Assembly (NCBI GenBank): GCA_022574205.1
Contig: JACZSL010000002.1
Span: forward strand, 11,965-75,964
Source: Patescibacteria group bacterium
Lineage (GTDB): Bacteria > Patescibacteriota > Minisyncoccia > Phycocordibacterales > JACZSL01
Length of the DNA: 64,000 bases
Direction: 5' to 3'
Below, in pieces: positions 10,039 to 19,624 of the stretch (position 1 is the stretch's first letter; each line of letters begins with the position of its first letter). Under the pieces are notes generated by a model. It had not been told where the DNA came from. It ran no database searches and worked only from the letters and a program-made list of their open reading frames with translations. The translations under genes were made by a program, and so were the position numbers.

Positions 10039-10578
10039 TTAAGATTTTAGTTTGTTTATTGCGTCGAGCAAATGATCCTTCACAACGTTTTGTATTATGT
10101 CAGACGTAGAAGTGGTTTCTGCCTGACGAGGTAACGTGATTAATTCTCCGCAATGTTTTTTAATTTCTTTTTTTTGAGCAGCTGTATAAGATTCTCCTAC
10201 AACACTGACAAAAATATCTATAGGAACTTTTTTTATAAGACCAAATTTCCATTGCCCCTTTGGATCAATATCGTCAATAAGAACAATGTAGTCAATACAA
10301 TCCTGATATGAAAGCATCTCCATCCGTTCTTGTTCAGGAATAACTGGTCGTAAAGGATCTTTATATAATTTTATTCCCTTATCACTATCAACACCTACGA
10401 TAAGTATATCCCCTTGCTCCTTCGCTCTGTTTAAATATCGTAAATGACCAATATGAAGCATGTCCCACGACCCTATAGTGCACACAATCTTATGCCCGAG
10501 TTCTCTGTGCGCGCAAGCATATTTTTTAAGCTCTCGATAATTGGAAACTATTTTTTTGTTTATTTTCAGATTGTACAT
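10039..10578 (-). CDS. Cytidylyltransferase/adenylyltransferase (RfaE-II/TagD-like, HIGH superfamily)
   Basis: GSWDMLHIGHLRYL, LIVGVDSD, RPVIPEQER, TSTSDII. Confidence 0.88.
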   Translation of the reverse strand: MYNLKINKKIVSNYRELKKYACAHRELGHKIVCTIGSWDMLHIGHLRYLNRAKEQGDILIVGVDSDKGIKLYKDPLRPVIPEQERMEMLSYQDCIDYIVLIDDIDPKGQWKFGLIKKVPIDIFVSVVGESYTAAQKKEIKKHCGELITLPRQAETTSTSDIIQNVVKDHLLDAINKLKS

Positions 10579-10666
10579 ACAAGCATGTGAATATAAACAA
10601 GTATACTTGGTCGTAATGTTGATTCAAGGAGACAAAACTTTTTCGTAGTGGTATAAAATAGGGGAA

Positions 10667-11164
10667 ATGGATAAGCCAATCATCAGCATAATTGTAGCTA
10701 TTTCTAAGGCAAATCGCGGAATCGGTAAAGGACCGAGCCTTTTATGGCGTATTTCGGATGATCTCAAGCGTTTTAAGGCCCTAACTTTAGGACACCCTAT
10801 AATAATGGGGCAAACCACTTATGAGTCCATTGGCAAACCCCTGCCGGAAAGGACCAACATAATCGTGTCAAATGATGATAAATATGAAGCTCGGGGTACA
10901 ATAGTTACTCATTCAATAGAGGAGTCTCTGGAAAAAGCAAAAGAGGTTGAAGAAAATGAAATATTTATAATAGGTGGAGGACAAATATATAAACAGTTCT
11001 TACCATTAGTGGATAGGCTATATCTAACTATAATAGAAGGAGAGCGCGAAGCTGACGTTTTTTTCCCCGAATATGAAAAAGAATTTACAAAAAAAATATC
11101 CAAAGAAAATCGAGTTTCTCCAGATGGAATCAAATATAGTTGGGTTATATTAGAAAAAGAATAG
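10667..11164 (+). CDS. folA: Dihydrofolate reductase
   Basis: IVAIS..RGIG, W.ISDDLKRFK, IIMGQTTYESIGKPLPERTN, IIGGGQIY, ADVFFP. Confidence 0.96.
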   Translation: MDKPIISIIVAISKANRGIGKGPSLLWRISDDLKRFKALTLGHPIIMGQTTYESIGKPLPERTNIIVSNDDKYEARGTIVTHSIEESLEKAKEVEENEIFIIGGGQIYKQFLPLVDRLYLTIIEGEREADVFFPEYEKEFTKKISKENRVSPDGIKYSWVILEKE

Positions 11165-11974
11165 TTATTTACTTAACAAAACAAGATTGTTTAACAGTGT
11201 CGCAATAGTAATAGGACCAATCCCCCCTGGAACTGGACTATAGAGTGAAGCTTTAGCGCTGCACGCCGAGCTCGTGTCTCCGACCAGGCTCCCTTCTAAC
11301 TCACTCGTCGCGGCATCTAACAATACGACACCGTATTTTATCATGTCTGGTTTGATTAAGTTTGGTACACCAGCGCCGGTTACAATAATGTCAGCTTTTT
11401 GAATTTCTTCCACAAAATTTTCGGATTTACTGTCGAGAGAAACAACGTCCGCTCCTTGGTTTGTAAGCCACACTGCCGCTGGCCTTCCTACTAGCGCTCC
11501 CTTACCAACAACTACTGCTCGCTTTCCGTTTACATTAACATTGCCTCGTATAAGAATTTCGTTAATTGAAGCGATGACTGGTGGAAGAATAGTATTTGTA
11601 CCCTTTTGAAATTTTTCATTGCTTGCGTTACCAAGCACATCAACGTCAAGCTCAATCGGTACAGTATTTAATACGGCTTGTTTGTCTATATGAGACGGAA
11701 GAGGTAGTTGTACAATAATGCCGTCGACGGTATCTGCTGCAGCTTTAATTGCCTGTATTAATGTTTCTGTTGTTACACTCTCTTTGAAGCGAGCTATCTC
11801 TACATTGATACCGATCTTCTTGGCTATCTTTTGTTTTAATGACACATAGCGCGCGGTTACATTGTTTTGTCCAACTAAAACCACAAAAAGCTTGGGGCTT
11901 CTTTCTAGTTTTTTTATTACTCGCTTAAGCTCAGAAATGATGTCTTGAGCTATTTTCTTGCCATCTACAATCAT
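11165..11974 (-). CDS. folD: Methylenetetrahydrofolate dehydrogenase/cyclohydrolase
   Basis: MIVDGKKIA start, GIIVQLPLP, VGRP, SPVPGGIGPITIA; start trimmed to ATG 11974. Confidence 0.94.
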   Translation of the reverse strand: MIVDGKKIAQDIISELKRVIKKLERSPKLFVVLVGQNNVTARYVSLKQKIAKKIGINVEIARFKESVTTETLIQAIKAAADTVDGIIVQLPLPSHIDKQAVLNTVPIELDVDVLGNASNEKFQKGTNTILPPVIASINEILIRGNVNVNGKRAVVVGKGALVGRPAAVWLTNQGADVVSLDSKSENFVEEIQKADIIVTGAGVPNLIKPDMIKYGVVLLDAATSELEGSLVGDTSSACSAKASLYSPVPGGIGPITIATLLNNLVLLSK

Positions 11975-11980
11975 GATTTT

Positions 11981-12008
11981 AAAAACCCGCAATTGCGGGT
12001 TTCTTTTT
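11981..12008 (-). terminator. Intrinsic terminator downstream of rplK
   Basis: Palindrome aaacccgcaattgcgggttt flanked by A and T runs. Confidence 0.7.
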
Positions 12009-12016
12009 GTCTTTCC

Positions 12017-12110
12017 TTATTTCACTTCGATTCCTTACAGGAACTGTACACCTTTAGGGTATGTTATTCGCCCGCTCATAACATATCTCTAAAGGTCGAT
12101 CGAAGTTTCA
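12017..12110. repeat. Hairpin element after rplK with a duplicated rplK 3' end
   Basis: ttatttcacttcgattcc (12017-12034) resembles rplK end ttacttcacttcgatccc (12111-12128); internal arms acctttag..tatgttat / ataacata..ctaaaggt. Confidence 0.65.
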
Positions 12111-12533
12111 TTACTTCACTTCGATCCCCATACTTCGCGCAGTGCCTTCTATAATCTTATCTGCCGCCTCTAGATCGTGGGCTGTTAAGTCGGGCATTTT
12201 CTTTTCCGAGATCTCTCGCACTTGTGCTTTAGTTATTGTTCCTGCTTTTTTTACAAGATTTTTCCCGGAGCCTTTTGGTTTTCCGAGCGCCTTCAAAAGA
12301 AGGCGGGATGCAGGTGGTGTTTTCAATATAAAATCAAAACTCCTATCCTCATATACTGAAATCTCAACGGGAATAATGTCTCCCATCATGTCCCTCGTTG
12401 CGTCATTAAAACGATTGACGAAATCGCCAATATTAATACCAGCCTGACCAAGAGCAGGACCGACAGGGGGCGCCGGCGTTGCTTTGCCCGCTGGAATTTG
12501 AAGTTTCATTTTTCTTTCTACTTTTTTTGCCAT
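12111..12533 (-). CDS. rplK: 50S ribosomal protein L11
   Basis: [29 protein letters not shown]. Confidence 0.99.
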   Translation of the reverse strand: MAKKVERKMKLQIPAGKATPAPPVGPALGQAGINIGDFVNRFNDATRDMMGDIIPVEISVYEDRSFDFILKTPPASRLLLKALGKPKGSGKNLVKKAGTITKAQVREISEKKMPDLTAHDLEAADKIIEGTARSMGIEVK

Positions 12534-12546
12534 GACGGAATAATAC

Positions 12547-13092
12547 TTATATTTTCTTTACTTGCAAGAAATCTAGTTCAACTGGTGTCTCGCGACCAAA
12601 CATAGAGACCATGATCTTGACTTTACCGCGTTCTTCGTCAATCTCTCCCACCTTACCTTCGAGTTCTTTAAATGGTCCATCTATAATACTAACTAGATCG
12701 TCAAGATTAAGATCAATCTTATGCTTAACAGTTTCGTCGTTCATCCGACGAAAGAGAGCTTCCACTTCTTCAGTGGCAAGTGGTACAGGGTGAATACCAC
12801 TTCCCACAAAACCAGTTACGCGGGGAGTGTTTCGAACTACGTACCACGAATCATCGTCAACAATCATATCGACTAGAATGTAACCAGGATATACTTTTTC
12901 CTCTTCGACGACTCGCTTGCCGCTTTTAATTTTGATCTTCTTTTCAGTTGGAACAACCACGTCAAAAATCTTTTCCTTCATGCCGAGGCTTTCAATGCGC
13001 TGTCTAAGATTTCGCATAACAGCATTTTCATATCCTGCGTATGTGTGGATTGCGTACCAATTCCGTTCCTGATGTGCCTCTTGTTTTACCAT
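12547..13092 (-). CDS. nusG: Transcription termination/antitermination factor NusG
   Basis: [21 protein letters not shown] motif, [12 protein letters not shown]. Confidence 0.99.
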   Translation of the reverse strand: MVKQEAHQERNWYAIHTYAGYENAVMRNLRQRIESLGMKEKIFDVVVPTEKKIKIKSGKRVVEEEKVYPGYILVDMIVDDDSWYVVRNTPRVTGFVGSGIHPVPLATEEVEALFRRMNDETVKHKIDLNLDDLVSIIDGPFKELEGKVGEIDEERGKVKIMVSMFGRETPVELDFLQVKKI

Positions 13093-13146
13093 GTCTTAGA
13101 TTTTGTTAATTATTTTGAGTGTTAACGAAAATTGATGTTACAAAAC

Positions 13147-13253
13147 ATTAGACCGAGCACATAGTGTGTGCTGACTAGATGATCGGAAATGTTTGACAGT
13201 GGCCTGTAAATTTTTTGCATACTTGTTTGGTTCGTGCTATGTGCTCGGCTAAT
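13147..13253. mobile_element. MITE-like element (~107 bp) between secE and nusG
   Basis: Terminal inverted repeats attagaccgagcacatag / ctatgtgctcggctaat; no ORF. Confidence 0.55.
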
Positions 13254-13287
13254 CAATTAATAGTCGTCCTCGCAAGCTCGGACTCCT

Positions 13288-13476
13288 TTAATTACTAAAG
13301 AAGAAAAAGTCTATGGCTGTTGTAAAAATAAAATCAAAAAGCCCAAGATATAAAGATACAGCGATTGAAATAGCGATAACAAGCACAGTGAAGACCAAGA
13401 CTTGTTTCTGTGTTGGCCAACTAACGTGTTTGAGTTCACCTTTGGTGTCTCGTAGATATTGTGTAAACCTGCCCAT
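13288..13476 (-). CDS. secE: Preprotein translocase subunit SecE
   Basis: ELKHVSWPT plus one TM helix, upstream of nusG; start trimmed to MGRF. Confidence 0.95.
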   Translation of the reverse strand: MGRFTQYLRDTKGELKHVSWPTQKQVLVFTVLVIAISIAVSLYLGLFDFIFTTAIDFFFFSN

Positions 13477-13594
13477 AGTTTCTCTTACTAAAAAACCCCC
13501 CGAGGGGCTATCAATGCGTCTATAGTATCGAATGCGAACCAAAAGTCAAGTTACACTGGATTGTCTTAGGTCCCGTTAAGACGTGTGAGACTAT

Positions 13595-13855
13595 TCACCT
13601 AGCGTGCCCAAGGAATACTTTCTCAAGAATGTCACTTTCCTCTAGCTTTTTTGTGTCTCCGTCCGCAACCACACGTCCTTTGTCTAGGATGTAACCTCGG
13701 TCTACAACAGAGAAGAGTGATTTTAAGTTGTGTTCCACGACAAATATAGCTGTGCCATGATGTTCGTTGATATTTCGGATGAGTGCGAATACTTCTTTCA
13801 CAACCTTGGGGGCAAGACCAAGTGATGGTTCGTCGAGCAGCAGCACTGGGTCGGA
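13595..13855 (-). pseudogene. C-terminal fragment of a LivF-like ABC ATPase
   Basis: Begins at Walker B (LLLDEPSLGLAP), has the VEH switch; Walker A and signature are absent; no permease genes nearby. Confidence 0.75.
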
Positions 13856-13891
13856 TTTTGTGTTCTTATTTTATGGCTTAAAACAACAGTT

Positions 13892-14713
13892 TTAACGAAT
13901 TTCGTAGGTAATTGAGACGTTTGAGGTGATCTTATTTTCGCCAACTGGAATTTCCGGAGCTTCTAGGCCACCGGCACCAAACACCGTGCTTTCAATAGCT
14001 AAATCAAAACTTCTTGCGTAAACTGGGTATCCTCCGCCTTCACTGAAACTAACCACGCGTATAAGTTTGACGCCAAGATCTCGCGCGAGCTGTTTCGCTT
14101 TTGTCCTCGCGTCATCTATAGCTTCACGGCGTGCATCGCGCTTCAGCTCATCCTCGTCGTCAATAGTAAAGTTAAGCCCACTGACATTGGTGACTCCAAC
14201 AGAACCAATTTCTGCGAGGATCTCTCCTGCTTTATCTATGTCACGTATTTTTACAGAAATTGTTTGACTCACATTGTATCCAGTGAGCTCTCTCTTGCCT
14301 CCACCGCAAGGAAATCCTGGTTTACAAATTTCGCGTATATATGTGTACTGTGGGTAAACATTGTATGCAGTCGTCTTGATATCGCGCTCTTCAACGTTAG
14401 CCCCGCGTAAGAGCCCTAGTGCAACATTAATCTTTCTTGTCGCCTCAGCTTGTGCTTCTTTTACGGTTACTTTTTCTTCAGAGACCGAGAAAGAGAAGCT
14501 TCCGATATCAGGAACTGCAAAGACTTCGCCGACTCCACTTACAGTAATCGTGTTGGTTGCCGGGACTCCGCCGCCGATAAATCGGTATGATTTGATTTCG
14601 CCTACTGTCTTCACAAAAAGAAAAAGGGAGAGAAGGAGAAGCACTAAAATGATTGATCCTTTTATTTTGTCATGGCGCATATAATGCATTACGCTCTGTG
14701 CGTCGTTGTCCAT
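13892..14713 (-). CDS. SIMPL/DUF541 (BP26-like) protein
   Basis: TM anchor, TITVSGVGEVFAVPD, ARTKAKQLARDLG, IPVGENKITSNVSITYEIR; exact start uncertain. Confidence 0.88.
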   Translation of the reverse strand: MDNDAQSVMHYMRHDKIKGSIILVLLLLSLFLFVKTVGEIKSYRFIGGGVPATNTITVSGVGEVFAVPDIGSFSFSVSEEKVTVKEAQAEATRKINVALGLLRGANVEERDIKTTAYNVYPQYTYIREICKPGFPCGGGKRELTGYNVSQTISVKIRDIDKAGEILAEIGSVGVTNVSGLNFTIDDEDELKRDARREAIDDARTKAKQLARDLGVKLIRVVSFSEGGGYPVYARSFDLAIESTVFGAGGLEAPEIPVGENKITSNVSITYEIR

Positions 14714-14833
14714 ATTGTTATAAATTATTCCATTATCAGTGGCCATAGAGTACCATGCTTCTCTCCACAATAGAAATCGCCCACAAGCTCTAGATAATAA
14801 GTTTTCTTTTATTCTTCATACACCCGTCTTATT

Positions 14834-15832
14834 TTAGAGATATTCGAATAAAAGTTCTTCAAACCCGCTTCCAAACAAAAGGAAACCGTATTGCACAAGA
14901 AGGCCGAAACTCCCAAGCACAAGGAGAGCACCGAGAGCAACAAGAAAGAGGCCGCCGCCCACTCCAAGCACGTCTATTTTTTCATGCCTTTTTGCTATAA
15001 GCGCCATTCCAATCCCGGATAGAGTCGGAATAATAAACGCCTGAAATCCTTGAAGTAAAGTTTCGGATATGTTCACTCCAAACTTGCTGAATATTGAAAC
15101 AACAACAAGATCGAGAATAAGGCCAAATAAAAATCCTACAACGCCGAGGATTCCTACGCGGTGTTTGGAAAGATATGCAAAGAAGTTGCTGATTTTTTCC
15201 ATTGCCTGTGAAAAGCCAAACGCAATCAAAAGAAACGGCACCGCCAACCCCATTGAAAAGATTGCAAGAAGGAGTGCGCCTTGCAGTATAGACCCCTCTG
15301 AAGATGCGAGCAGTAAAATTGAGCCCAAAATAGGTCCGACGCATGGCGTCCATCCAAACGCAAACGCACCACCGATGGTGAGTGAGGTTGTTGGTTTTCC
15401 TATCTTTAGGAATTTAGGCATCTTTATTCTCTTGTCTGCCTGCAAAAAGGGAATCTTGAAAAGGCCGAGCATAAAAGCACCGAAGAGGATGACCAAAAGA
15501 CCGCTGACTTGCCCTATACGTATTCGCAACAGTCCTTCTCCCTCAAGGGTTGTGGGGCCGATGCCAAAAAATTGCAAAATCTGTACAAGGCTGCCAAAGA
15601 GAGCTCCGAAAATAATGAATACGATTGAAAATCCCAAAATGAAGAACACTCCGTTTCGAAATACTTTTTTCTTTGCCTCGCGTGCGCTATCCGGATTTTC
15701 TAGATCACCTTTTGATACACCGCTTATAAAGCCGAGATACGCTGGCACGAGAGGGAGCGTACAGGGAGCGAGAAATGTTATAAGTCCTGCGATAAAGGCA
15801 GAGACGGCAATTCCTATGCTTATTTCAATCAC
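14834..15832 (-). CDS. ccdA: CcdA/DsbD transmembrane thiol-redox protein with two extra C-terminal TM segments
   Basis: FLAPCTLPLVPAY and FGWTPCVGPILG motifs. Confidence 0.9.
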   Translation of the reverse strand: MIEISIGIAVSAFIAGLITFLAPCTLPLVPAYLGFISGVSKGDLENPDSAREAKKKVFRNGVFFILGFSIVFIIFGALFGSLVQILQFFGIGPTTLEGEGLLRIRIGQVSGLLVILFGAFMLGLFKIPFLQADKRIKMPKFLKIGKPTTSLTIGGAFAFGWTPCVGPILGSILLLASSEGSILQGALLLAIFSMGLAVPFLLIAFGFSQAMEKISNFFAYLSKHRVGILGVVGFLFGLILDLVVVSIFSKFGVNISETLLQGFQAFIIPTLSGIGMALIAKRHEKIDVLGVGGGLFLVALGALLVLGSFGLLVQYGFLLFGSGFEELLFEYL

Positions 15833-16042
15833 GATTTTTCTTAGATTTTGTTAGTGAACGGAGTGAGCTTAGAAAATCTTAGACCCCGCACTATTTTTGC
15901 TGTTAATTTACCTCGCAACATGCGTGCGCGAATAGCGCATCCCTTTATGGGCGAAGCGTGTTGCTTGAATGTATTCAGTTCTGGGTTGTTAATTAACATA
16001 TATATGTTTTTGTTTTGCAAAAATGGTGCTGGGGTGATTTTG

Positions 16043-16609
16043 CTAAGAGTTTAGTATTGAATTAACCTTTTCCACCATTTCCTTCAATTTCATTGGCCCG
16101 CGTTTATGAATGCGAACATTGCCTTCGCTGTCAACGAAAAGAGTTTCCGGCATAGAGAAGCCGCCGATTGATCGATAAAACGAGTCCTTTGGATCGAGCA
16201 AGAATGTGTATGCATCACTTATTCCTGCGTTGTCTGTGTAATTCTTCGCTGTGCTTAGAGACTCCTGTCTGTCTATGGCAATAACCGCTATGTCGTCAGG
16301 AAATAGCTCTTGCAAATCACGGAATGCTGGCAACTCTTCCACACAAAACGGACACCATGCTGCCCACGAGTTAATTACAAGTATCTTGCCAGGGAAATCA
16401 TTTACAGAGACTTGATTACCATCGTAATCAGAGAGTGTAAACTGTGGTACTTTATCGAACTGTTCTGATTCTGTAGAAACTTCAGAGGATGTCTCTGCGC
16501 CAGTTCCTTCACGAGTTATTTCTTCTGCGGGGTTTTCGCGAGAAGAGATAAAAGCAAACCCACCGACTCCAATAACGATTACTATGATCGCTATTATTAA
16601 TTTGTTCAT
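16043..16609 (-). CDS. TlpA/ResA-family membrane-anchored thioredoxin
   Basis: INSWAAWCPFCVEELP, MPETLFVD, N-terminal TM. Confidence 0.92.
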   Translation of the reverse strand: MNKLIIAIIVIVIGVGGFAFISSRENPAEEITREGTGAETSSEVSTESEQFDKVPQFTLSDYDGNQVSVNDFPGKILVINSWAAWCPFCVEELPAFRDLQELFPDDIAVIAIDRQESLSTAKNYTDNAGISDAYTFLLDPKDSFYRSIGGFSMPETLFVDSEGNVRIHKRGPMKLKEMVEKVNSILNS

Positions 16610-16614
16610 ATTAG

Positions 16615-17337
16615 TTAGTTATTTAATGCTTGGATAATAATTTGATTTATTTGTTCATACGGAAGCGCCCCGCTAAATGGAAACACCTGTCCGTTTTCCG
16701 CTACTACTATGTTAAACGGTGTTCCTCTTCCGCCAGAAGCAATAGCGTTTTGTCCGTCCACCTGTACACGTTCATTATGACGGCCCGAATTAAGACACTC
16801 GGTAAAAGCCACTTTTTCAATCCCCAGACTTGAGGCGGTTTCAACATACAGACTCTCTCCAAGCGAAGACTGACTTTCAAAAAGCTTGCCAATAAATTTC
16901 CAAAAGGCATCGTTTCCTCCAAGTTCGGCTACACACTCCGAAGCAATACTTGCAATAAGCGCACGTGAGTGAATACTAGTAAGCGGGAAATGCCTGTATA
17001 CCCACCGCACCTCGCCATCTGATTCTTCCACTATGCGTGAAAGTGTTGGATGGAGTCTCCGACAAAACGGACATTCAAGGTCAGAGTATTCGACAATCGT
17101 CACAGAAGCATTTACGTTTCCAAAAATGTGATCGCTGTCATCAACGGGACGCAGGTTTTCTGCAGTCGATGAATTGTTGTTGCCAAACCCACCCCCGGAC
17201 GCGCTTCCTGCGTTAGCTGCATCTAGAGATGCTCCTCCTGATGAAAACATAAGAGCAGCTCCAATAAAAAGCCCTGCAAGTACAATTGAACCTGGAATAA
17301 TGTAAGGATTTTGTTGCTTTTTTTGGTTTACTGACAT
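16615..17337 (-). CDS. DsbA-family oxidoreductase
   Basis: EYSDLECPFC, YRHFPL, GTP, GALPY. Confidence 0.92.
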   Translation of the reverse strand: MSVNQKKQQNPYIIPGSIVLAGLFIGAALMFSSGGASLDAANAGSASGGGFGNNNSSTAENLRPVDDSDHIFGNVNASVTIVEYSDLECPFCRRLHPTLSRIVEESDGEVRWVYRHFPLTSIHSRALIASIASECVAELGGNDAFWKFIGKLFESQSSLGESLYVETASSLGIEKVAFTECLNSGRHNERVQVDGQNAIASGGRGTPFNIVVAENGQVFPFSGALPYEQINQIIIQALNN

Positions 17338-17353
17338 GTTTTTTTAGCGTAAC

Positions 17354-18001
17354 CTATCTTCGATGTCCTCCTATTGGAGCCTGTACACGCTCAGGACCTT
17401 TGTTTATGAATCGTGCAATGAAATCACTTATGCGAGACTCGAGCGCCTCCGCCTCAAGGCTTCCAAGATCAAAGCTGTCAACATGCCCCCACGCGACAAG
17501 TGCGACGTCGAGATCATTATCTGTCCTTGGTGTAATAATTACTTTTGACGCCGCAAACTCCCGAAGCAACTCCTTATCAGTTTCGGCAATATCAGGTTTG
17601 TACGCGATCCAAATGTCGCCGTGTTCAAGATTATGAACTATTTGTTCATCGGGTACATGTTCGTCAACATCATAAAACCCTGCACGTGCGGTGCTCGCGT
17701 AGTGCGAGCCACTCGAGGGAGGATTTGAGCTGTACGGTGGATGTTCCGACCCCACTTTGATGTGTTGGCGACCGTCTGATGGAAAAGATTCGCTAAAATC
17801 TTCACCTTGTGGCCCGCTCTTTTGTGAAATAACTACAAATCCCCACAAGGAAAGGGCTATAATAATGATTGTAATGCCCCACTTTGTGATTGATTTTTTT
17901 GCAGTTCCGCTCTTAGCTTCTTGTCTCTGCAACCCCCTCTTTTTAATCTGTTGTGCTTTCTTCTCTTTGTAAGAGAGCTCTTGATCTTTTTCTGTTTCCA
18001 T
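17354..18001 (-). CDS. DUF3105-family membrane-anchored protein
   Basis: YSSNPPSSGSH, VHNLEHG, ALVAWG. Confidence 0.82.
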   Translation of the reverse strand: METEKDQELSYKEKKAQQIKKRGLQRQEAKSGTAKKSITKWGITIIIIALSLWGFVVISQKSGPQGEDFSESFPSDGRQHIKVGSEHPPYSSNPPSSGSHYASTARAGFYDVDEHVPDEQIVHNLEHGDIWIAYKPDIAETDKELLREFAASKVIITPRTDNDLDVALVAWGHVDSFDLGSLEAEALESRISDFIARFINKGPERVQAPIGGHRR

Positions 18002-18017
18002 ATAACTAAATTAATAC

Positions 18018-19124
18018 TTAATTAAATAATTCTGTGTCTGGATGCACCGCAAGCCACGAGAACCAAAATGCTCCAATGTATGGAAGTGGTTGTCTTCTAG
18101 CGCCAATGAACATGCGTACTCCTCCAATATTACTCTTCTCAATGGTAATATCATTACCTAGAAATATATCTTTCGTTTCCCCAATAGGAAGCGCCTCGTT
18201 GTCATAAGCTTTAAACTTGCCGTCTATTTCAATACCAAGAACATATACTTTTGGATGTAGGCGGTCATCGTTGAAACTTGCTCCGAAGGAAACGTCACGG
18301 TTTGTGTAGTAGTTTCCATACGGATCTCTCCCATAATTTCTTGAAAAGCCGGTGTCTTGTGAAAGTATTTTTGTCTTTGGGTGTTTCCCTTTCCAATCGC
18401 CATAAAGAACAGCGTCTGACGGAATGATAGTAAGTTTACGGCCTGTGTGAATCCCGAGCACCGCCTCCCCCAAGACTTGTGACCATAGCGACTCATCGTC
18501 TTCGTTTGGGGTTCGATTATACATTAGAAGATTTGAACGCCATAGCCGCCCCGATACGCCAAACTCTGTCGGACTGCCATTAAGCTCTCTATCAAAAATA
18601 ATACCGGTAAGACACAGTGGGCAGTACGAAATAAGCAGTGGGTCTCCGGCCACAGTATCGTTTACAAGTTCGTGCCACACTAAAATGGAGTATGGGTAGA
18701 AACGTGTTTCTCCTTTGTAGGAGAGCCCGAGTCCAGGGTTGTCATCAGATAAATATTCATCTGCTTCGCTTATGTTTACAAACTTTGGATTATCAATTGA
18801 CGGAATCCCGTCTTTAGGAGGGCCGCCTGAAAGAATTTCATTGATTGGAATTGAGTGTTTTGTACCGTCAGTGACAAAAATCTCACGGGAACTTGTGCCG
18901 GGGATTTCTATCGTAGACCCATCGTTTACTCCGTCCAACACCTCCTCCTTCTCTGTGCCTTCGCTCGCTTTTATATTATTTAATTCAGCTTCTGTTGTTT
19001 CTTCAGTGTTAAGTGGTGTAGTCTCCCCTGTTGGTAATTCGAATCGCTCTCCTCTCGTAAAAATGAAAGCCGCTCCAAGAGCGATTGCAAGCAAAATAAT
19101 GATAATGACGGTGCTCGAACTCAT
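18018..19124 (-). CDS. DUF3179-family protein
   Basis: SGGPPKDGIPSIDNP, HELVND, SYCPLC, FGVSG, FWFSW..HP.T. Confidence 0.85.
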   Translation of the reverse strand: MSSSTVIIIILLAIALGAAFIFTRGERFELPTGETTPLNTEETTEAELNNIKASEGTEKEEVLDGVNDGSTIEIPGTSSREIFVTDGTKHSIPINEILSGGPPKDGIPSIDNPKFVNISEADEYLSDDNPGLGLSYKGETRFYPYSILVWHELVNDTVAGDPLLISYCPLCLTGIIFDRELNGSPTEFGVSGRLWRSNLLMYNRTPNEDDESLWSQVLGEAVLGIHTGRKLTIIPSDAVLYGDWKGKHPKTKILSQDTGFSRNYGRDPYGNYYTNRDVSFGASFNDDRLHPKVYVLGIEIDGKFKAYDNEALPIGETKDIFLGNDITIEKSNIGGVRMFIGARRQPLPYIGAFWFSWLAVHPDTELFN

Positions 19125-19230
19125 CCCATTAGATAATTATTCTTTTAATATTTGATGTTGGCATTGTGTTTTTCGTTTTATTTACATTTAAGAATATTTG
19201 GCGTAATCGTAATTACTAACGGGACAAGTA

Positions 19231-19524
19231 TTACGTATTGATTACATTCATAATTCGTCTAATGTCGTCCGACAATGCAGACTTGTGCACTTCATAACAC
19301 ACATTTTGTCCATCTCGGAAAGACTTGAGCACGCCTCGTGCCTCGAGATTTGAAAGCTGATGAGACGCAGCTGAGTGAGATATGCCGACAGCTTCTGCAA
19401 TTTCATAAACACACATGGCTTCCGATGAATATAGTAGCGAAAGAATACGAAAACGGGTCGCGTCAGCAAGAATTTTGAACGCGATGGTTGCTTTTGTTGT
19501 ATCGAATCTTAGCGTTTGAAGCAT
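19231..19524 (-). CDS. ArsR/SmtB-family transcriptional regulator
   Basis: FKILADATRFRIL, CVYEIA, SHQL, RDGQNVCY. Confidence 0.93.
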   Translation of the reverse strand: MLQTLRFDTTKATIAFKILADATRFRILSLLYSSEAMCVYEIAEAVGISHSAASHQLSNLEARGVLKSFRDGQNVCYEVHKSALSDDIRRIMNVINT

Positions 19525-19540
19525 GGATCTAGTATATGTA

Positions 19541-19566
19541 GATATATGAATATATGCTCATATATC
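19541..19566. promoter_or_regulatory. ArsR/SmtB-type 12-2-12 operator
   Basis: GATATATGAATA-TA-TGCTCATATATC between divergent arsR and ZIP genes. Confidence 0.75.
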
Positions 19567-19624
19567 AATATACTATAACACCAAGTAACTAGCAAATGGA
19601 CACGACTTAGGCTACCATTTACTT

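Noticed and set aside
15069-15854. 261-aa plus-strand ORF, and similar ones at 38512-39279 and 47644-48405
   Set aside because: Antisense shadows of ccdA, polA and PBP1A with no motifs
15841-15999. 52-aa minus-strand ORF between tlpA and ccdA
   Set aside because: No motif or SD, and it overlaps a repeat hairpin
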